DNA of 64,000 nucleotides, from contig CAZPLJ010000004.1 of assembly GCA_964587545.1 (NCBI GenBank), positions 6,710-70,709 on the forward strand, given 5' to 3'. How positions within the stretch are numbered: the first letter of the stretch is position 1; each line of letters begins with the position of its first letter. The DNA comes from an uncultured Caulobacterales bacterium. Its GTDB lineage: Bacteria; Pseudomonadota; Alphaproteobacteria; Caulobacterales; Maricaulaceae. The notes beneath the pieces are model-generated. The model did not search any database and was not told where the DNA came from. It worked only from the letters and a program-made list of their open reading frames with translations. Both the position numbers and the translations under genes were made by a program. This document shows positions 41,296-50,942 of this stretch, piece after piece.

Positions 41296-42147
41296 ATGGT
41301 TCGAGGTTTGTTTTCGTTTTTGCTCTTTAGCGCGCTAACCGTTAATGGCTCTGCGCAAGAACTTCCTACTTACGCCAACACCATTAATCAGTTTAGCGTT
41401 TTCAATAATGGGGTTGTCGGAGAGAACGCTTTTCCAACCGGTTTTAACTTTAATGTACAAAAAGCTATAGGAGAGTTTGAGACTTTATGTAGTGAAGTTT
41501 TTAAAAATAGAATTCGTGAGAACCACCCGGAACACACGTCCGATACGGATAGGCTATTTCAAGATAAAGGCTATGAGAGGATTGATAATAGCTATTTCCG
41601 AACTTCCGACAATATAAGTGTGAAAGCCCGAATTGATGAGAATGTTTCCGTTCAAGAAATGCGCTCGGTGGATGAGTGGTATGGATCGCATATAGTTAAG
41701 CAACTCAAGCCTTTCGATTCACATAAACTTGGCTGGATGTGTAGCTTTGAAATCAATGATACTGATTTATTGAGCGCTAAACATTATAAACAGATTGGCT
41801 CTGATTTTCGTCGGAATGTATCAAACCTTTGCAATGTTGATATTTCTAAGCATTTGATACGAAGTTACGTGCCTAATGAGAATGGAGACGGTAACACAAT
41901 CAAACTGAGTATTGAATTTGAAGAAAACACTGATGTAATTTTAGCCTGCAAAGACCGTTTTGATTTAATTGCCTATACATTGGACGGTCAAGGGAATGTG
42001 GTGCGGCCAGGGTTTTCTAGTGGTAGATATTCAGTGTCTTCAAATGGAAATGTCTTGAATCCTCAGGGACAAACTATTGGTCGTGTGAATGGTGATGGCG
42101 ATATTATAAATGCGGCAGGCCAAATTATTGGCCGCTTTAATCAATAA
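41296..42147 (+). CDS. hypothetical exported protein with a C-terminal G-x-I-G-R tail shared with the giant repeat protein
   Basis: 283 aa AT-rich ORF with a signal-like N-terminus (FSALTVNGSAQE). Its C-terminus is NVLNPQGQTIGRVNGDGDIINAAGQIIGRFNQ. Confidence 0.55.
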   Translation: MVRGLFSFLLFSALTVNGSAQELPTYANTINQFSVFNNGVVGENAFPTGFNFNVQKAIGEFETLCSEVFKNRIRENHPEHTSDTDRLFQDKGYERIDNSYFRTSDNISVKARIDENVSVQEMRSVDEWYGSHIVKQLKPFDSHKLGWMCSFEINDTDLLSAKHYKQIGSDFRRNVSNLCNVDISKHLIRSYVPNENGDGNTIKLSIEFEENTDVILACKDRFDLIAYTLDGQGNVVRPGFSSGRYSVSSNGNVLNPQGQTIGRVNGDGDIINAAGQIIGRFNQ

Positions 42148-42405
42148 GTATGATTGAATCAAATAATCAGTTATTAACCACAGTTTCAATTAATCTGCTA
42201 TTTTGGGTTTAACCTAGCTCTAATTTAACACGTGGATGGTATGATGAACCCACCTCGATAATTCACGGGGAGTGGGAAATGAAATATGTGTTTCAAACAT
42301 TTAGTTTGTTCGTTGTAGCGGTCTTTATACCTTTAAACGCGGTGAACAGACTAAGTTTAGCTTTGACAGATAAGCTGTCATCAACCTCAGATGAGTAGCA
42401 TATAG

Positions 42406-43689
42406 CTACGATCTAGAGTTGGTTTCTGATGGGAGTTTTCGCGTGCGATCTTCGGCCGTTGTAATGGCGAAGAACGTCAAGATAGCGATTAAAGATAATA
42501 AACTAGCAGCGATAAAGGGGGCCCCGGGTTGATAATAAGCCGTGCCTTCTTTTGCAAAAATTTCAAAAGCAGGGCCCATTATCAGAGGTCCAACGATAAG
42601 CGCTAAACCTTGCGCAGCTCCTATGGCCCCCTGTAATTCGCCTTGCTCAGATTTAGATACTCGGCTGGACATCATATTATTTAACGACGGATTATAAAAA
42701 CCAGCGATTGCTGAGAAGGGACCCATGGCGTAAATCATCCACCCTGCGCCTGCCAACCCCAAGCCTGTATAGGCTATGATAGCCGCTAGAATACCAATGG
42801 CGCCGCCCCAAAAGAGCCCAGATTTAGGTAAGACGATACGTATAACCCCAGCCTGTACGATGAAACTGGCGAGGCCAAAGGCCAGAAGGGACAGGCCAAC
42901 GTCTCCAGCCGTCCAACCCAGCTTCACCTGAGTTGAGACTGCGTATGTCGTGGGATAGACTGTGTGCGCGGTGCCTAGTAGGAAAAGAATGAAAATAAGC
43001 CCCTTCGCGTTTTGAATTTTTTGCAAAGACTTTAAAGCCCCGAGAGCATTGGCTCTGGCCCATTTAAATTCTCTGCGGTTTTCCGGCTGCAAAGTCTCCG
43101 GTAAAACAAAAATTCCAAAAGCCACGTTTAACAATGAAATCACGCCTGCCGCGATAAAGGGTAAGCGTGGGTTGGCAAGGTCCCCCAGAAACTTTCCGGG
43201 ATCACCTAATATTCCGCCTATGGCCGGGCCAAGCATAAAACCAACACCAAAAGCCGCCCCAATAAGTGCAAAATTTTGCGCTCGTGTTTCCGGCGGGCTT
43301 ATGTCGGCTATATAGGCATTGGCCGTTGAAAAGGTAGCGCCCAAAGCACCGGATATAGCGCGTCCCAAAAACACAAAAGCCATAGTCGGGGCAAAGCCTA
43401 AAAGAAAATAATCCAGACTAAGACCAAAAAGCGCCAATAACATTATCGGACGACGCCCATAGGCATCAGAGAGCGCGCCGATGATAGGCATGAAGTAAAA
43501 CTGCATGACCGCAAATATCAGGGTCATACCCGCCATATAACGCCCTAGCTGGTGTTCCGGTAGAGCTGGTATTAATTCTCTGACTAGATCTGGCAGAACA
43601 GGAATAATAATCCCAAAGCCAATTGAGTTGATCATCACAGTGATCAAAACGAAGGTCATGGCATATCGATTTTTGAACGAAGCGCGCAT
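42406..43689 (-). CDS. MFS transporter (Tet/TCR-like family)
   Basis: 427 aa with 12 TM-like segments and the motif GALSDAYGRRP. Confidence 0.85.
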   Translation of the reverse strand: MRASFKNRYAMTFVLITVMINSIGFGIIIPVLPDLVRELIPALPEHQLGRYMAGMTLIFAVMQFYFMPIIGALSDAYGRRPIMLLALFGLSLDYFLLGFAPTMAFVFLGRAISGALGATFSTANAYIADISPPETRAQNFALIGAAFGVGFMLGPAIGGILGDPGKFLGDLANPRLPFIAAGVISLLNVAFGIFVLPETLQPENRREFKWARANALGALKSLQKIQNAKGLIFILFLLGTAHTVYPTTYAVSTQVKLGWTAGDVGLSLLAFGLASFIVQAGVIRIVLPKSGLFWGGAIGILAAIIAYTGLGLAGAGWMIYAMGPFSAIAGFYNPSLNNMMSSRVSKSEQGELQGAIGAAQGLALIVGPLIMGPAFEIFAKEGTAYYQPGAPFIAASLLSLIAILTFFAITTAEDRTRKLPSETNSRS

Positions 43690-43702
43690 AATCGCCTCTA
43701 AT

Positions 43703-44203
43703 TTATTTTACCGGTTTTGCATAGTCAGCAAATTTGATGGTCAATTGTTCATAAACTTTGCGTTTAAACGGAACGATTAAGTCTGGTGTCTCAGATAGCT
43801 TACCCCATTTCCATTTTGAAAACTCAACCGGTAGATGAGCTTTGAGATCAAAGTCAGACCTGTGACCGATGAAACGATAAGCAAACCATTTTTGCTTTTG
43901 ACCGCGCCAGTTTTTCTTTTTCTTTTGTTCTAAATATTCCGGCGGGAATTCATAATATAGCCAATCATTTATGCATCCAAGATAGGACACATGCTCAGCT
44001 TTTAGACCGGTTTCCTCCCATAGTTCCCTGATTGCGGCGTCTATAGGTTTTTCGCCTTCATCAATGCCCCCTTGAGGAAATTGCCAAACATATTTTCCGC
44101 GTTGATTGAAACGGCGACCTAACCAGACCTGTCCTTCGTCGTTAAAAATAGCGATACCAGCTGCAGGGCGATAATGTTGCTTATCAAAGGACGGGTTCGT
44201 CAT
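43703..44203 (-). CDS. rppH: RNA pyrophosphohydrolase (Nudix)
   Basis: 166 aa with Nudix box GGIDEGEKPIDAAIRELWEETG and WQFPQGG. Confidence 0.9.
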   Translation of the reverse strand: MTNPSFDKQHYRPAAGIAIFNDEGQVWLGRRFNQRGKYVWQFPQGGIDEGEKPIDAAIRELWEETGLKAEHVSYLGCINDWLYYEFPPEYLEQKKKKNWRGQKQKWFAYRFIGHRSDFDLKAHLPVEFSKWKWGKLSETPDLIVPFKRKVYEQLTIKFADYAKPVK

Positions 44204-45444
44204 CGTCTATTAATAACATAGGATGCTGGGGCTAGTTCCAAATTTTTTTGCTCCAACTCTTGGACCCAACTCTTAAGCGTATCTATTGTTGTTCCATATC
44301 CAAAGCCAACTCCGAGCGGCGTTTGTCCTGTAGCTGATAATACTTCCAAACGGGCTAGCTCAGCCTCTATTAAGGGCCGGTTTGGTGTTGCATCAATAAG
44401 CCCCGTCGCTGCTGTGAATGGTAAACCTGTTGTTTGTGATAAGCCTGCGAGTGTCGGCGCTGGATTAGAACCATCATAAATAAACCCAAGTCCGGCACTT
44501 GATAAATGAGACAAGATTGGTGTGAGTATATCACTTCGGGTCAAGATAAGGTCGCCATTATAATTCGTAACGGCAAAAAATCCCTGGGCTCGGCTAATCA
44601 AATAATCAAGATTTCTAATATTATTGGCGGCACTCTGAGCGACACGCAATGTCCGAATAGCACCCGGTTCACTCGGGTTGAAATCCACTGACTCCATCGG
44701 AAGCTCCAATATAACCTCATGTCCTTGTACGCGCGCTTGATCGACCCAGCTTTGGAGGCCAACTGTATGCGCTGCAAAAGATAGAGTGACCTCAGGTGGA
44801 AGCTCATAAATCGCTCGTTGAGTTATACTCCGGTCTATCCCAAGCCCGCCCACAATGAGGGAGACGGATGTTTTTCCAAATGCCGGTGCATAGGGGCGCG
44901 TGTAACTCGTCACAGCGCGACGACCGTCAGCGGCTATTGTCGGAATAGGTCCGAACGGAGCTGAACGGGTTAATCCGGCCAAGGGTGCTTTCAATAGAGG
45001 CGAGGTGTTGGCCGTGTCATCAATTGTCTCACCATCGACAATAATCGTCTGTGGGCTAGAGTTTTGAATAATCTCGGAATTATTGTTTTGCCCGCCTGCC
45101 ATAGTCACATTTGAGGTGTTTCTTATGGGATTGCCCAAAGCGTCTATTAATTCTGTGGGGTTTTTATTGTCGGGAACAACACCTGCTAATAGATCGGGAA
45201 AGATGTCTCCTTCGCCGTTTAAACTATCAGACGGCTCGGGTAGGGGGAGGGGCTCGAGGCTTACTTGCCCCTTGGCCACGGCGTCATCGGGATTTCCCAA
45301 ATATTTGACGTAAGCTAGCGAAAGCCCGGCTGTTATAACCAGTAAAGCCAGAGCACGAACAATATTCAACGCAAGTGAGGGCAGGGGTTTAGCCTGACGC
45401 TTTATGGCCGTCGTAGAATTAAGAGTGTAAATCTCCTGTTTCAT
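44200..45444 (-). CDS. divergent polysaccharide deacetylase (YibQ-like) family protein
   Basis: 414 aa with an N-terminal TM. Assigned from its conserved position downstream of ctpA in alphaproteobacteria and general C-terminal domain resemblance. The motif assignment is weaker than for its neighbours. Confidence 0.65.
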   Translation of the reverse strand: MKQEIYTLNSTTAIKRQAKPLPSLALNIVRALALLVITAGLSLAYVKYLGNPDDAVAKGQVSLEPLPLPEPSDSLNGEGDIFPDLLAGVVPDNKNPTELIDALGNPIRNTSNVTMAGGQNNNSEIIQNSSPQTIIVDGETIDDTANTSPLLKAPLAGLTRSAPFGPIPTIAADGRRAVTSYTRPYAPAFGKTSVSLIVGGLGIDRSITQRAIYELPPEVTLSFAAHTVGLQSWVDQARVQGHEVILELPMESVDFNPSEPGAIRTLRVAQSAANNIRNLDYLISRAQGFFAVTNYNGDLILTRSDILTPILSHLSSAGLGFIYDGSNPAPTLAGLSQTTGLPFTAATGLIDATPNRPLIEAELARLEVLSATGQTPLGVGFGYGTTIDTLKSWVQELEQKNLELAPASYVINRR

Positions 45445-45514
45445 GACAATTTTCTACCGAAAACAATAAGTTAGAACTCCAACGCCTAGCGCTGTTCGGC
45501 CGAAAGGTCTATGG

Positions 45515-46825
45515 TCAGTTTTGACTTGCGAGCAAATTATTATATCTGGGGCTTTTAAGTAGATTTACCGCTCTATCAATCTGATAATCTTGGTTATCAG
45601 ACCAGCCTTCGGGGGGGTAATCCAACTGCGATAAATCTTCCTCAAAATCGGTTTCATCTGGATTAGACAAAGCATTGTGAAAGCTGTCTTCACGAAAACG
45701 CTCTCGTGTTTCCCCGGTATCAGGTCTAAACGCGACCAAAAGATCCGGCATGATGCCTCGGCTCTGTATGGATTTCCCGGATGGTGTATAATAACGTTGG
45801 GTTGTCAAACGCAACGCTCCGCCATTGCCGTCTAATGACATAACGGATTGCACGGAACCTTTACCAAAAGATCTACGTCCCATGACGATGCCTCGACCTC
45901 TGTCCTGTATTGCACCGGCTAATATCTCAGCCGCTGAGGCAGATCGGCTATTAATTAAGACGACAATAGGGACATCTGAAACGAGCTCACCAGGGTCCGC
46001 ATTATAACGTTGGGTGTTATCAATCGTTCGGCCACGCGCAGAAAAGACCTCCCCACCATCGAGAAAATGGCTAGCGACTTCAACAGTTTGATCAACTAAT
46101 CCTCCGGGATTTCCTCTCACATCTATGACAAGGCCGGGTAATTGACTGCCAAGAGTGGCTTTTAGATCCTCGATTGCAAATTCTACATCCTTGCTTAGCC
46201 TCGGGTGATTGAAACTCTCAATGAAGATATAGCCAATACCATTTTCTTCTCTGTGACGGACGACACGCCCTTGGACGATTTCTCGTATGATTGTCACATC
46301 GCGGGGAACCTGACCTTCAGATAAGACGCTTACAATGATGGGATCACCCTCAAGGCCTCTCATGCCTTCCACGGCTTCACTTAAAGTTTTTCCTAGGACT
46401 TTTTCTCCTTCAACTTCGGTAATAAAGTCACCTCTTACTATTCCGGCTTTATCAGCCGGACCATCTGGAATGACATAATTTATTTTAACGAGTCCGGCTT
46501 CCATCGTCACTTCGATGCCTAGACCACCATATTCTCTGCGAGCCGTTTTTTGTCGTTCGACAAATTCCGTTCGTGGGATATAATGTGAATGAGGATCAAG
46601 AGCTTCCAAAGCCCCATTCAGGGCATTTGTCATAAGGTCATCATCCTCAATTTCTTCTACATAAAGATTACTGACTGTTGAAAAAACCTCAGCAAATAGT
46701 CTGAGCTTGTCATAGGTTTCTTCGGTGTTTTCATTGTCTGCATTGGCCAATACAAATGGCGCTAACAGGCAAAGCAACCCCGACAGACATGTCAGAGAGA
46801 GAATACGTAAGAATTTTGATATCAT
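45515..46825 (-). CDS. ctpA: S41 family C-terminal processing peptidase (copy 2)
   Basis: 436 aa with a PDZ region, catalytic segments INSRSASAAEILAGA and SFGKGSVQS. Its ATG overlaps the stop of copy 1. Confidence 0.9.
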   Translation of the reverse strand: MISKFLRILSLTCLSGLLCLLAPFVLANADNENTEETYDKLRLFAEVFSTVSNLYVEEIEDDDLMTNALNGALEALDPHSHYIPRTEFVERQKTARREYGGLGIEVTMEAGLVKINYVIPDGPADKAGIVRGDFITEVEGEKVLGKTLSEAVEGMRGLEGDPIIVSVLSEGQVPRDVTIIREIVQGRVVRHREENGIGYIFIESFNHPRLSKDVEFAIEDLKATLGSQLPGLVIDVRGNPGGLVDQTVEVASHFLDGGEVFSARGRTIDNTQRYNADPGELVSDVPIVVLINSRSASAAEILAGAIQDRGRGIVMGRRSFGKGSVQSVMSLDGNGGALRLTTQRYYTPSGKSIQSRGIMPDLLVAFRPDTGETRERFREDSFHNALSNPDETDFEEDLSQLDYPPEGWSDNQDYQIDRAVNLLKSPRYNNLLASQN

Positions 46826-48135
46826 TAATTCAGAGCAGCCAATCGATCTGAGTAAGATCCGTCTTTTAGTATTTCAATCGCACGCATGAGTTGGAAGTCA
46901 TCGTCCTCATCAAACGACGTCGGCGGATATTCGATTTCAACTGTTTCTTCTTCCTCTGTCTCTTGCTCCAATTCATTTTGGATAGAATTAGGTAAATCAG
47001 ACTCGCGGAGTGCGTCTTGATCCTCATCCTCAGCAAAAGCTGCGATTGCAATATCAGGGTCAATCCCTGTTCCTTGGATAGAACGTCCAGCGGGTGTGTA
47101 ATATCTTTGCGTGGTTAATCGCAAAGCTCCGTCACGTCCGCCTCGTAAAGGAATAATGGATTGTACGGACCCTTTGCCGAATGTCGTCATGCCAACCAAT
47201 AGACCGCGGCCGCGATCTTGAACCGCACCGGCAACAATCTCAGACGCGGATGCAGATGCCCCGTCAATTAAAACGACCAAAGGTACACCTTTGGCTAATT
47301 CACCGTTTTCAGCATTATAGCGTTCAGTATCGGTGGCGATCCGACCGCGTGTCGACACAACTTCTCCCCCGTCTAGGAAAGCACTACTGACTTTAATTGA
47401 CTGATCCAGAAGACCTCCGGGGTTACCGCGAAGATCAAGAACAATACCTGGCAAATTTTTACCAAGTTCTTTCTTGAGTGCCGCAATTGATTTTTTTAAG
47501 CCGTCGTCGGTTTTTTCATTAAACTGTGAAATGCGTAGATAACCAATACCATCTTTGACTTCATGTTTGACGACGGCGCGTTTGATGATTTCACGCACAA
47601 TTGTAAATTCTAACGGGTCTTCTTCACCACGGATTACAGTAATTGTAATAGGTTCATTTGGCTTGCCGCGCATCTTATCAACAGCTTCCGACAATGGGAG
47701 ACCAATAATGCTTTCACCTTCTATTTCGGTAATATAGTCGCCCGCCTTTATTCCGGCTCGTTTCGCAGGCGTATCATCAATCGGTGCAATCACCTTAACA
47801 ACGCCGCTCTCGGTCGTGACTTCCATGCCCAGTCCGCCATATTCGCCGCTAGTTGAGACTTGTAAGTCTTTAAAGCTATCCGGACCAACATAGCTAGAAT
47901 GTGGATCGAGAGATTGCAGCATCCCGTTAATGGCATCTTCTATAAGTTCAGCATCATCGACATCGACAACATATTCATTCCGCACGCGTGCCATGACGTC
48001 GGCAAACAATTCGAGCTGCTGGAATGTTTCTGCATGTGAAGAGCGCTCTTTGGCCAAAGCGGTATGTTGGTTAGACGCTAAAGCGATAACGCTAACAACT
48101 GCAAGGGTTCCTAAAGCGGGAAGGAAAAATTTCAT
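46825..48135 (-). CDS. ctpA: S41 family C-terminal processing peptidase (copy 1)
   Basis: 436 aa with a signal peptide, PDZ region, and catalytic segments IDGASASASEIVAGA and TFGKGSVQS. Confidence 0.9.
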   Translation of the reverse strand: MKFFLPALGTLAVVSVIALASNQHTALAKERSSHAETFQQLELFADVMARVRNEYVVDVDDAELIEDAINGMLQSLDPHSSYVGPDSFKDLQVSTSGEYGGLGMEVTTESGVVKVIAPIDDTPAKRAGIKAGDYITEIEGESIIGLPLSEAVDKMRGKPNEPITITVIRGEEDPLEFTIVREIIKRAVVKHEVKDGIGYLRISQFNEKTDDGLKKSIAALKKELGKNLPGIVLDLRGNPGGLLDQSIKVSSAFLDGGEVVSTRGRIATDTERYNAENGELAKGVPLVVLIDGASASASEIVAGAVQDRGRGLLVGMTTFGKGSVQSIIPLRGGRDGALRLTTQRYYTPAGRSIQGTGIDPDIAIAAFAEDEDQDALRESDLPNSIQNELEQETEEEETVEIEYPPTSFDEDDDFQLMRAIEILKDGSYSDRLAALN

Positions 48136-48196
48136 ACTATACTCCTAGGTCGTACCTGTTATCCTGTATATGCATCGCTTACCAGTAAAAATGCTG

Positions 48197-49411
48197 TTAA
48201 CCAGACTTTGCAAATGCCGTGCCTAGCCAAGGCGAAGGGTTAATGGTCGATCCGTCTTTTCTCAATTCGAGATAAAGTTCGGGTTTTGAGCGTGTCTGGT
48301 TTGGCATTATACCTAAAGGCTCACCTCTTTTCACGACTTCACCCGCTTTAGTATAAATTTCTCCTAGGCCAGTTAAGAGGATAAAATATCCATCGCCCAC
48401 GTTTAAAATAACGACATTTTCATAATTTTTAAATGGGCCAGAGAATTCTATTCGACCAGCATAAGGTGAGACCACTTGGGCTTTACCTGCGGTGGCAACC
48501 GTGAGACCTTTATTTGCACTGGAATAGCCTTTTTTGAGCTTACCTATCACAGGAGTTTGTAGTTTACCGCGTGCTTTTGAAAAACGAGGCGTGTCTGAGG
48601 GTAAAACCAAGGGTGTATTTGAGCGAGACGCACGGGGTTTTATCCGAGGATTTTCGCTATCTGAACGCGCATCGTCGTCACGTTCGGGTTTCAATCGGGG
48701 TTGAATGTCGCGCGCAGCAGATTCAAATTTTGCGATTAAATCTCTAAGATCATCAGCTTCTGAGGCTAGAGCGGCGACTCGTTTACGGACGGCTTGTTGA
48801 TCTTTGGAAATTGATTTTTCTAGCTTTGTTTTTTGTCCAACAAGTTGAGTAATAGATTTACGCTTTGTGCTCAGCGAGACTTCATTTCGCCTTAGTTTGT
48901 CTTGTTCGTCTGAGATACTCTCTTGCAGCTCAGTCAAATCATTTAATTCATCTGATAATATCTTAGCCTCGGACTTAAGTTCGACGCTGAGGGAGGACAT
49001 TAATCGTGCGGACCGGAAAGCCTCAGCCGCATCATTGGGCGAGACAAGTAGGGCCGGAGGTGGTGATTGCTCAATTCGTTGCAGAGCAGCCAGTAAACGC
49101 ATCACCGTTTTTTTATCCCCATAGATACGGTTTTTGATCTCAGCACTTTGAGTTTCCAAGGCATTAAGTTTGTTTTCAATGGACCGACCTTCTGTCTCAA
49201 TGGCTTTGGTGTCGGCCGCCAGTTTGGTCAGGTCAGCTTTCAAACGGCCAATGTCTTTTTGCACGGCCTCTCTTGTTTCGGAGAGTTCTTTTTCCCGTTG
49301 TTTTTCTTTTTCTTGAGCTTGCTTAATCTCATTAAGTCGATCGATATCGACACTTTGCGCGAAAGCCGGGCTCGAGATTAATAGAAAGCTTATGAACAGG
49401 AATCTGAACAT
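48197..49411 (-). CDS. EnvC-like murein hydrolase activator (coiled coil plus degenerate LytM/M23 domain)
   Basis: Signal peptide, a long coiled coil, and a C-terminal M23 fold. The Zn ligands are replaced: NKG for HxG, LTV for xDx, PELYLE for PHLHFE. Confidence 0.85.
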   Translation of the reverse strand: MFRFLFISFLLISSPAFAQSVDIDRLNEIKQAQEKEKQREKELSETREAVQKDIGRLKADLTKLAADTKAIETEGRSIENKLNALETQSAEIKNRIYGDKKTVMRLLAALQRIEQSPPPALLVSPNDAAEAFRSARLMSSLSVELKSEAKILSDELNDLTELQESISDEQDKLRRNEVSLSTKRKSITQLVGQKTKLEKSISKDQQAVRKRVAALASEADDLRDLIAKFESAARDIQPRLKPERDDDARSDSENPRIKPRASRSNTPLVLPSDTPRFSKARGKLQTPVIGKLKKGYSSANKGLTVATAGKAQVVSPYAGRIEFSGPFKNYENVVILNVGDGYFILLTGLGEIYTKAGEVVKRGEPLGIMPNQTRSKPELYLELRKDGSTINPSPWLGTAFAKSG

Positions 49412-49881
49412 TAATCGCGATGATAAGGCGAGCCGGATAAAATTGATAGAGCTCTATACAGCTGCTCGGCGAGCATCACCCGCACCAATTTATGTGGCCA
49501 TGTTTGATTTCCAAAAGACCATTTTTCAGCTCCGTTCGGAATAGCGCTAGGTTCAAAACCATCTGCCCCGCCAATCACAATGATAAGTTCACTTATACCG
49601 TCGTCTCGAAGCTTAGATATTTTTTTGGAAATATCCCGTGACGATAAGGATTTGCCTCTTTCATCCATGACAATGAGTTTAGCCCCGGGCGGCATAGTTG
49701 ATAAGAGTTTTTGGGTTTCGCTTAGTTTTGTCTTTTCGGATCGCAAATCTATCTGCTGCTCGGAAATATTATGAAAGCCGCATTGGCGCGCTAAACCGGA
49801 GGCCCGCTTAAGATAGTCGTCGACGAGATTTCGTTCGGGCCCTTGGCGTATTATGCCTCCGGCCCTGAGTATGATTTTCAA
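49411..49881 (-). CDS. rlmH: 23S rRNA (pseudouridine1915-N3)-methyltransferase
   Basis: 156 aa SPOUT protein (LIIVIGGADGF, SFGNQTWPHKLVRVMLAEQLYRA). Confidence 0.9.
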   Translation of the reverse strand: MKIILRAGGIIRQGPERNLVDDYLKRASGLARQCGFHNISEQQIDLRSEKTKLSETQKLLSTMPPGAKLIVMDERGKSLSSRDISKKISKLRDDGISELIIVIGGADGFEPSAIPNGAEKWSFGNQTWPHKLVRVMLAEQLYRALSILSGSPYHRD

Positions 49882-50309
49882 CTGTCTTCAGGAACAGCAG
49901 CAGCCATAGACTGCAAGCTTTCAGGAAGAGGGACCGACCAGATTTTCTCTAGATTATAGAAGACGCGAACCTCTGGGCGAAATATATGTAAAATGACATC
50001 GCCGGCATCAATCAACACCCAATCGCAAGCTTCCAAACCTTCTACCCCTAAGCTTTTATGACCCAACTCTTTGAGTGATCGCTGCACATAGTCAGCGAGC
50101 GCGCCGACATGACGATTAGAGCGACCTGAGACCACGATCATATAATCGGCGACCGAGGACTTACCTCTAATATCGATTGTTATTATGTCTTGGGCAGAAT
50201 TTTCATCCAATACAGATTGGATATGTTCAGAAAGGGACTCTGATGTCATATTTTCTGATTTTAGCGAGGCTTGGCCCGCAAGCTTATTCGTGGTCAGGAT
50301 TCTCTCCAT
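49878..50309 (-). CDS. rsfS: ribosome silencing factor
   Basis: RsfS core sequence (DYMIVVSGRSNRHVGALADYV, DWVLIDAGDVILHIF). An alternative start is the ATG at 50249. Confidence 0.85.
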   Translation of the reverse strand: MERILTTNKLAGQASLKSENMTSESLSEHIQSVLDENSAQDIITIDIRGKSSVADYMIVVSGRSNRHVGALADYVQRSLKELGHKSLGVEGLEACDWVLIDAGDVILHIFRPEVRVFYNLEKIWSVPLPESLQSMAAAVPEDS

Positions 50310-50354
50310 ATATTTGTCCGACGTCCCAATGATAACATATTAATTTGAACTAAT

Positions 50355-50942
50355 CTATGCTTTTGACCGCGTGGCTCTTAGGGCCGTAGATGACAAATTA
50401 TTTAAAGGCAGGGTTAGATATGTCCAAGCCGGTGGGTTCATATATTTGATTTGATGGGACTGCGTTTCACTGACACGGTTATCAGAATAGTAGCGGGCGG
50501 CAAGACCCAGTCGGGCTTTGATAGAGGCAAAGTCTTTTCCGGGGCGGGCGATCACAGCAACAGGTACACGGCGCATAATTTCCTGCCAGTTTTTCCATTT
50601 GGGAAGTTGAAGAAAATTGTCCGCGCCCATCATAAAGACGAAGTTGGTTGTTGGCCACGTCTGTTGGGCCATGCGTATTGTATCGACCGTATATCGCGTG
50701 CCAAATTGCTGTTCCATATGGCTGATATGCATTTTGGCAGGCAGGCTTAGGGCTTTGACACTATTCACGCGGGACGTGTAGCTGGGTTGTTTGGGTTTAA
50801 GCGGATTTTGCGGGGCGACCATCCACCAAATAGAGTCCAAGTCCAGGGCTTTCAGGCTTGTCATTGCGACATGCATATGTCCCGCATGGGCAGGATTAAA
50901 AGACCCGCCAAATAGTCCGATGGAAAGCCCGTCAAAACTCAT
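50355..50942 (-). CDS. nadD: nicotinate-nucleotide adenylyltransferase
   Basis: 195 aa with GLFGGSFNPAHAGH (HxGH motif). Confidence 0.85.
   Translation of the reverse strand: MSFDGLSIGLFGGSFNPAHAGHMHVAMTSLKALDLDSIWWMVAPQNPLKPKQPSYTSRVNSVKALSLPAKMHISHMEQQFGTRYTVDTIRMAQQTWPTTNFVFMMGADNFLQLPKWKNWQEIMRRVPVAVIARPGKDFASIKARLGLAARYYSDNRVSETQSHQIKYMNPPAWTYLTLPLNNLSSTALRATRSKA

Noticed and set aside
42279-42398. A 39-aa ORF (MKYVFQTFSLFVVAVFIPLNAVNRLSLALTDKLSSTSDE) has an SD-like GGGGAGTGGG.
   Set aside because: It is too short and featureless to support without conservation or expression data, so I did not list it as a feature.
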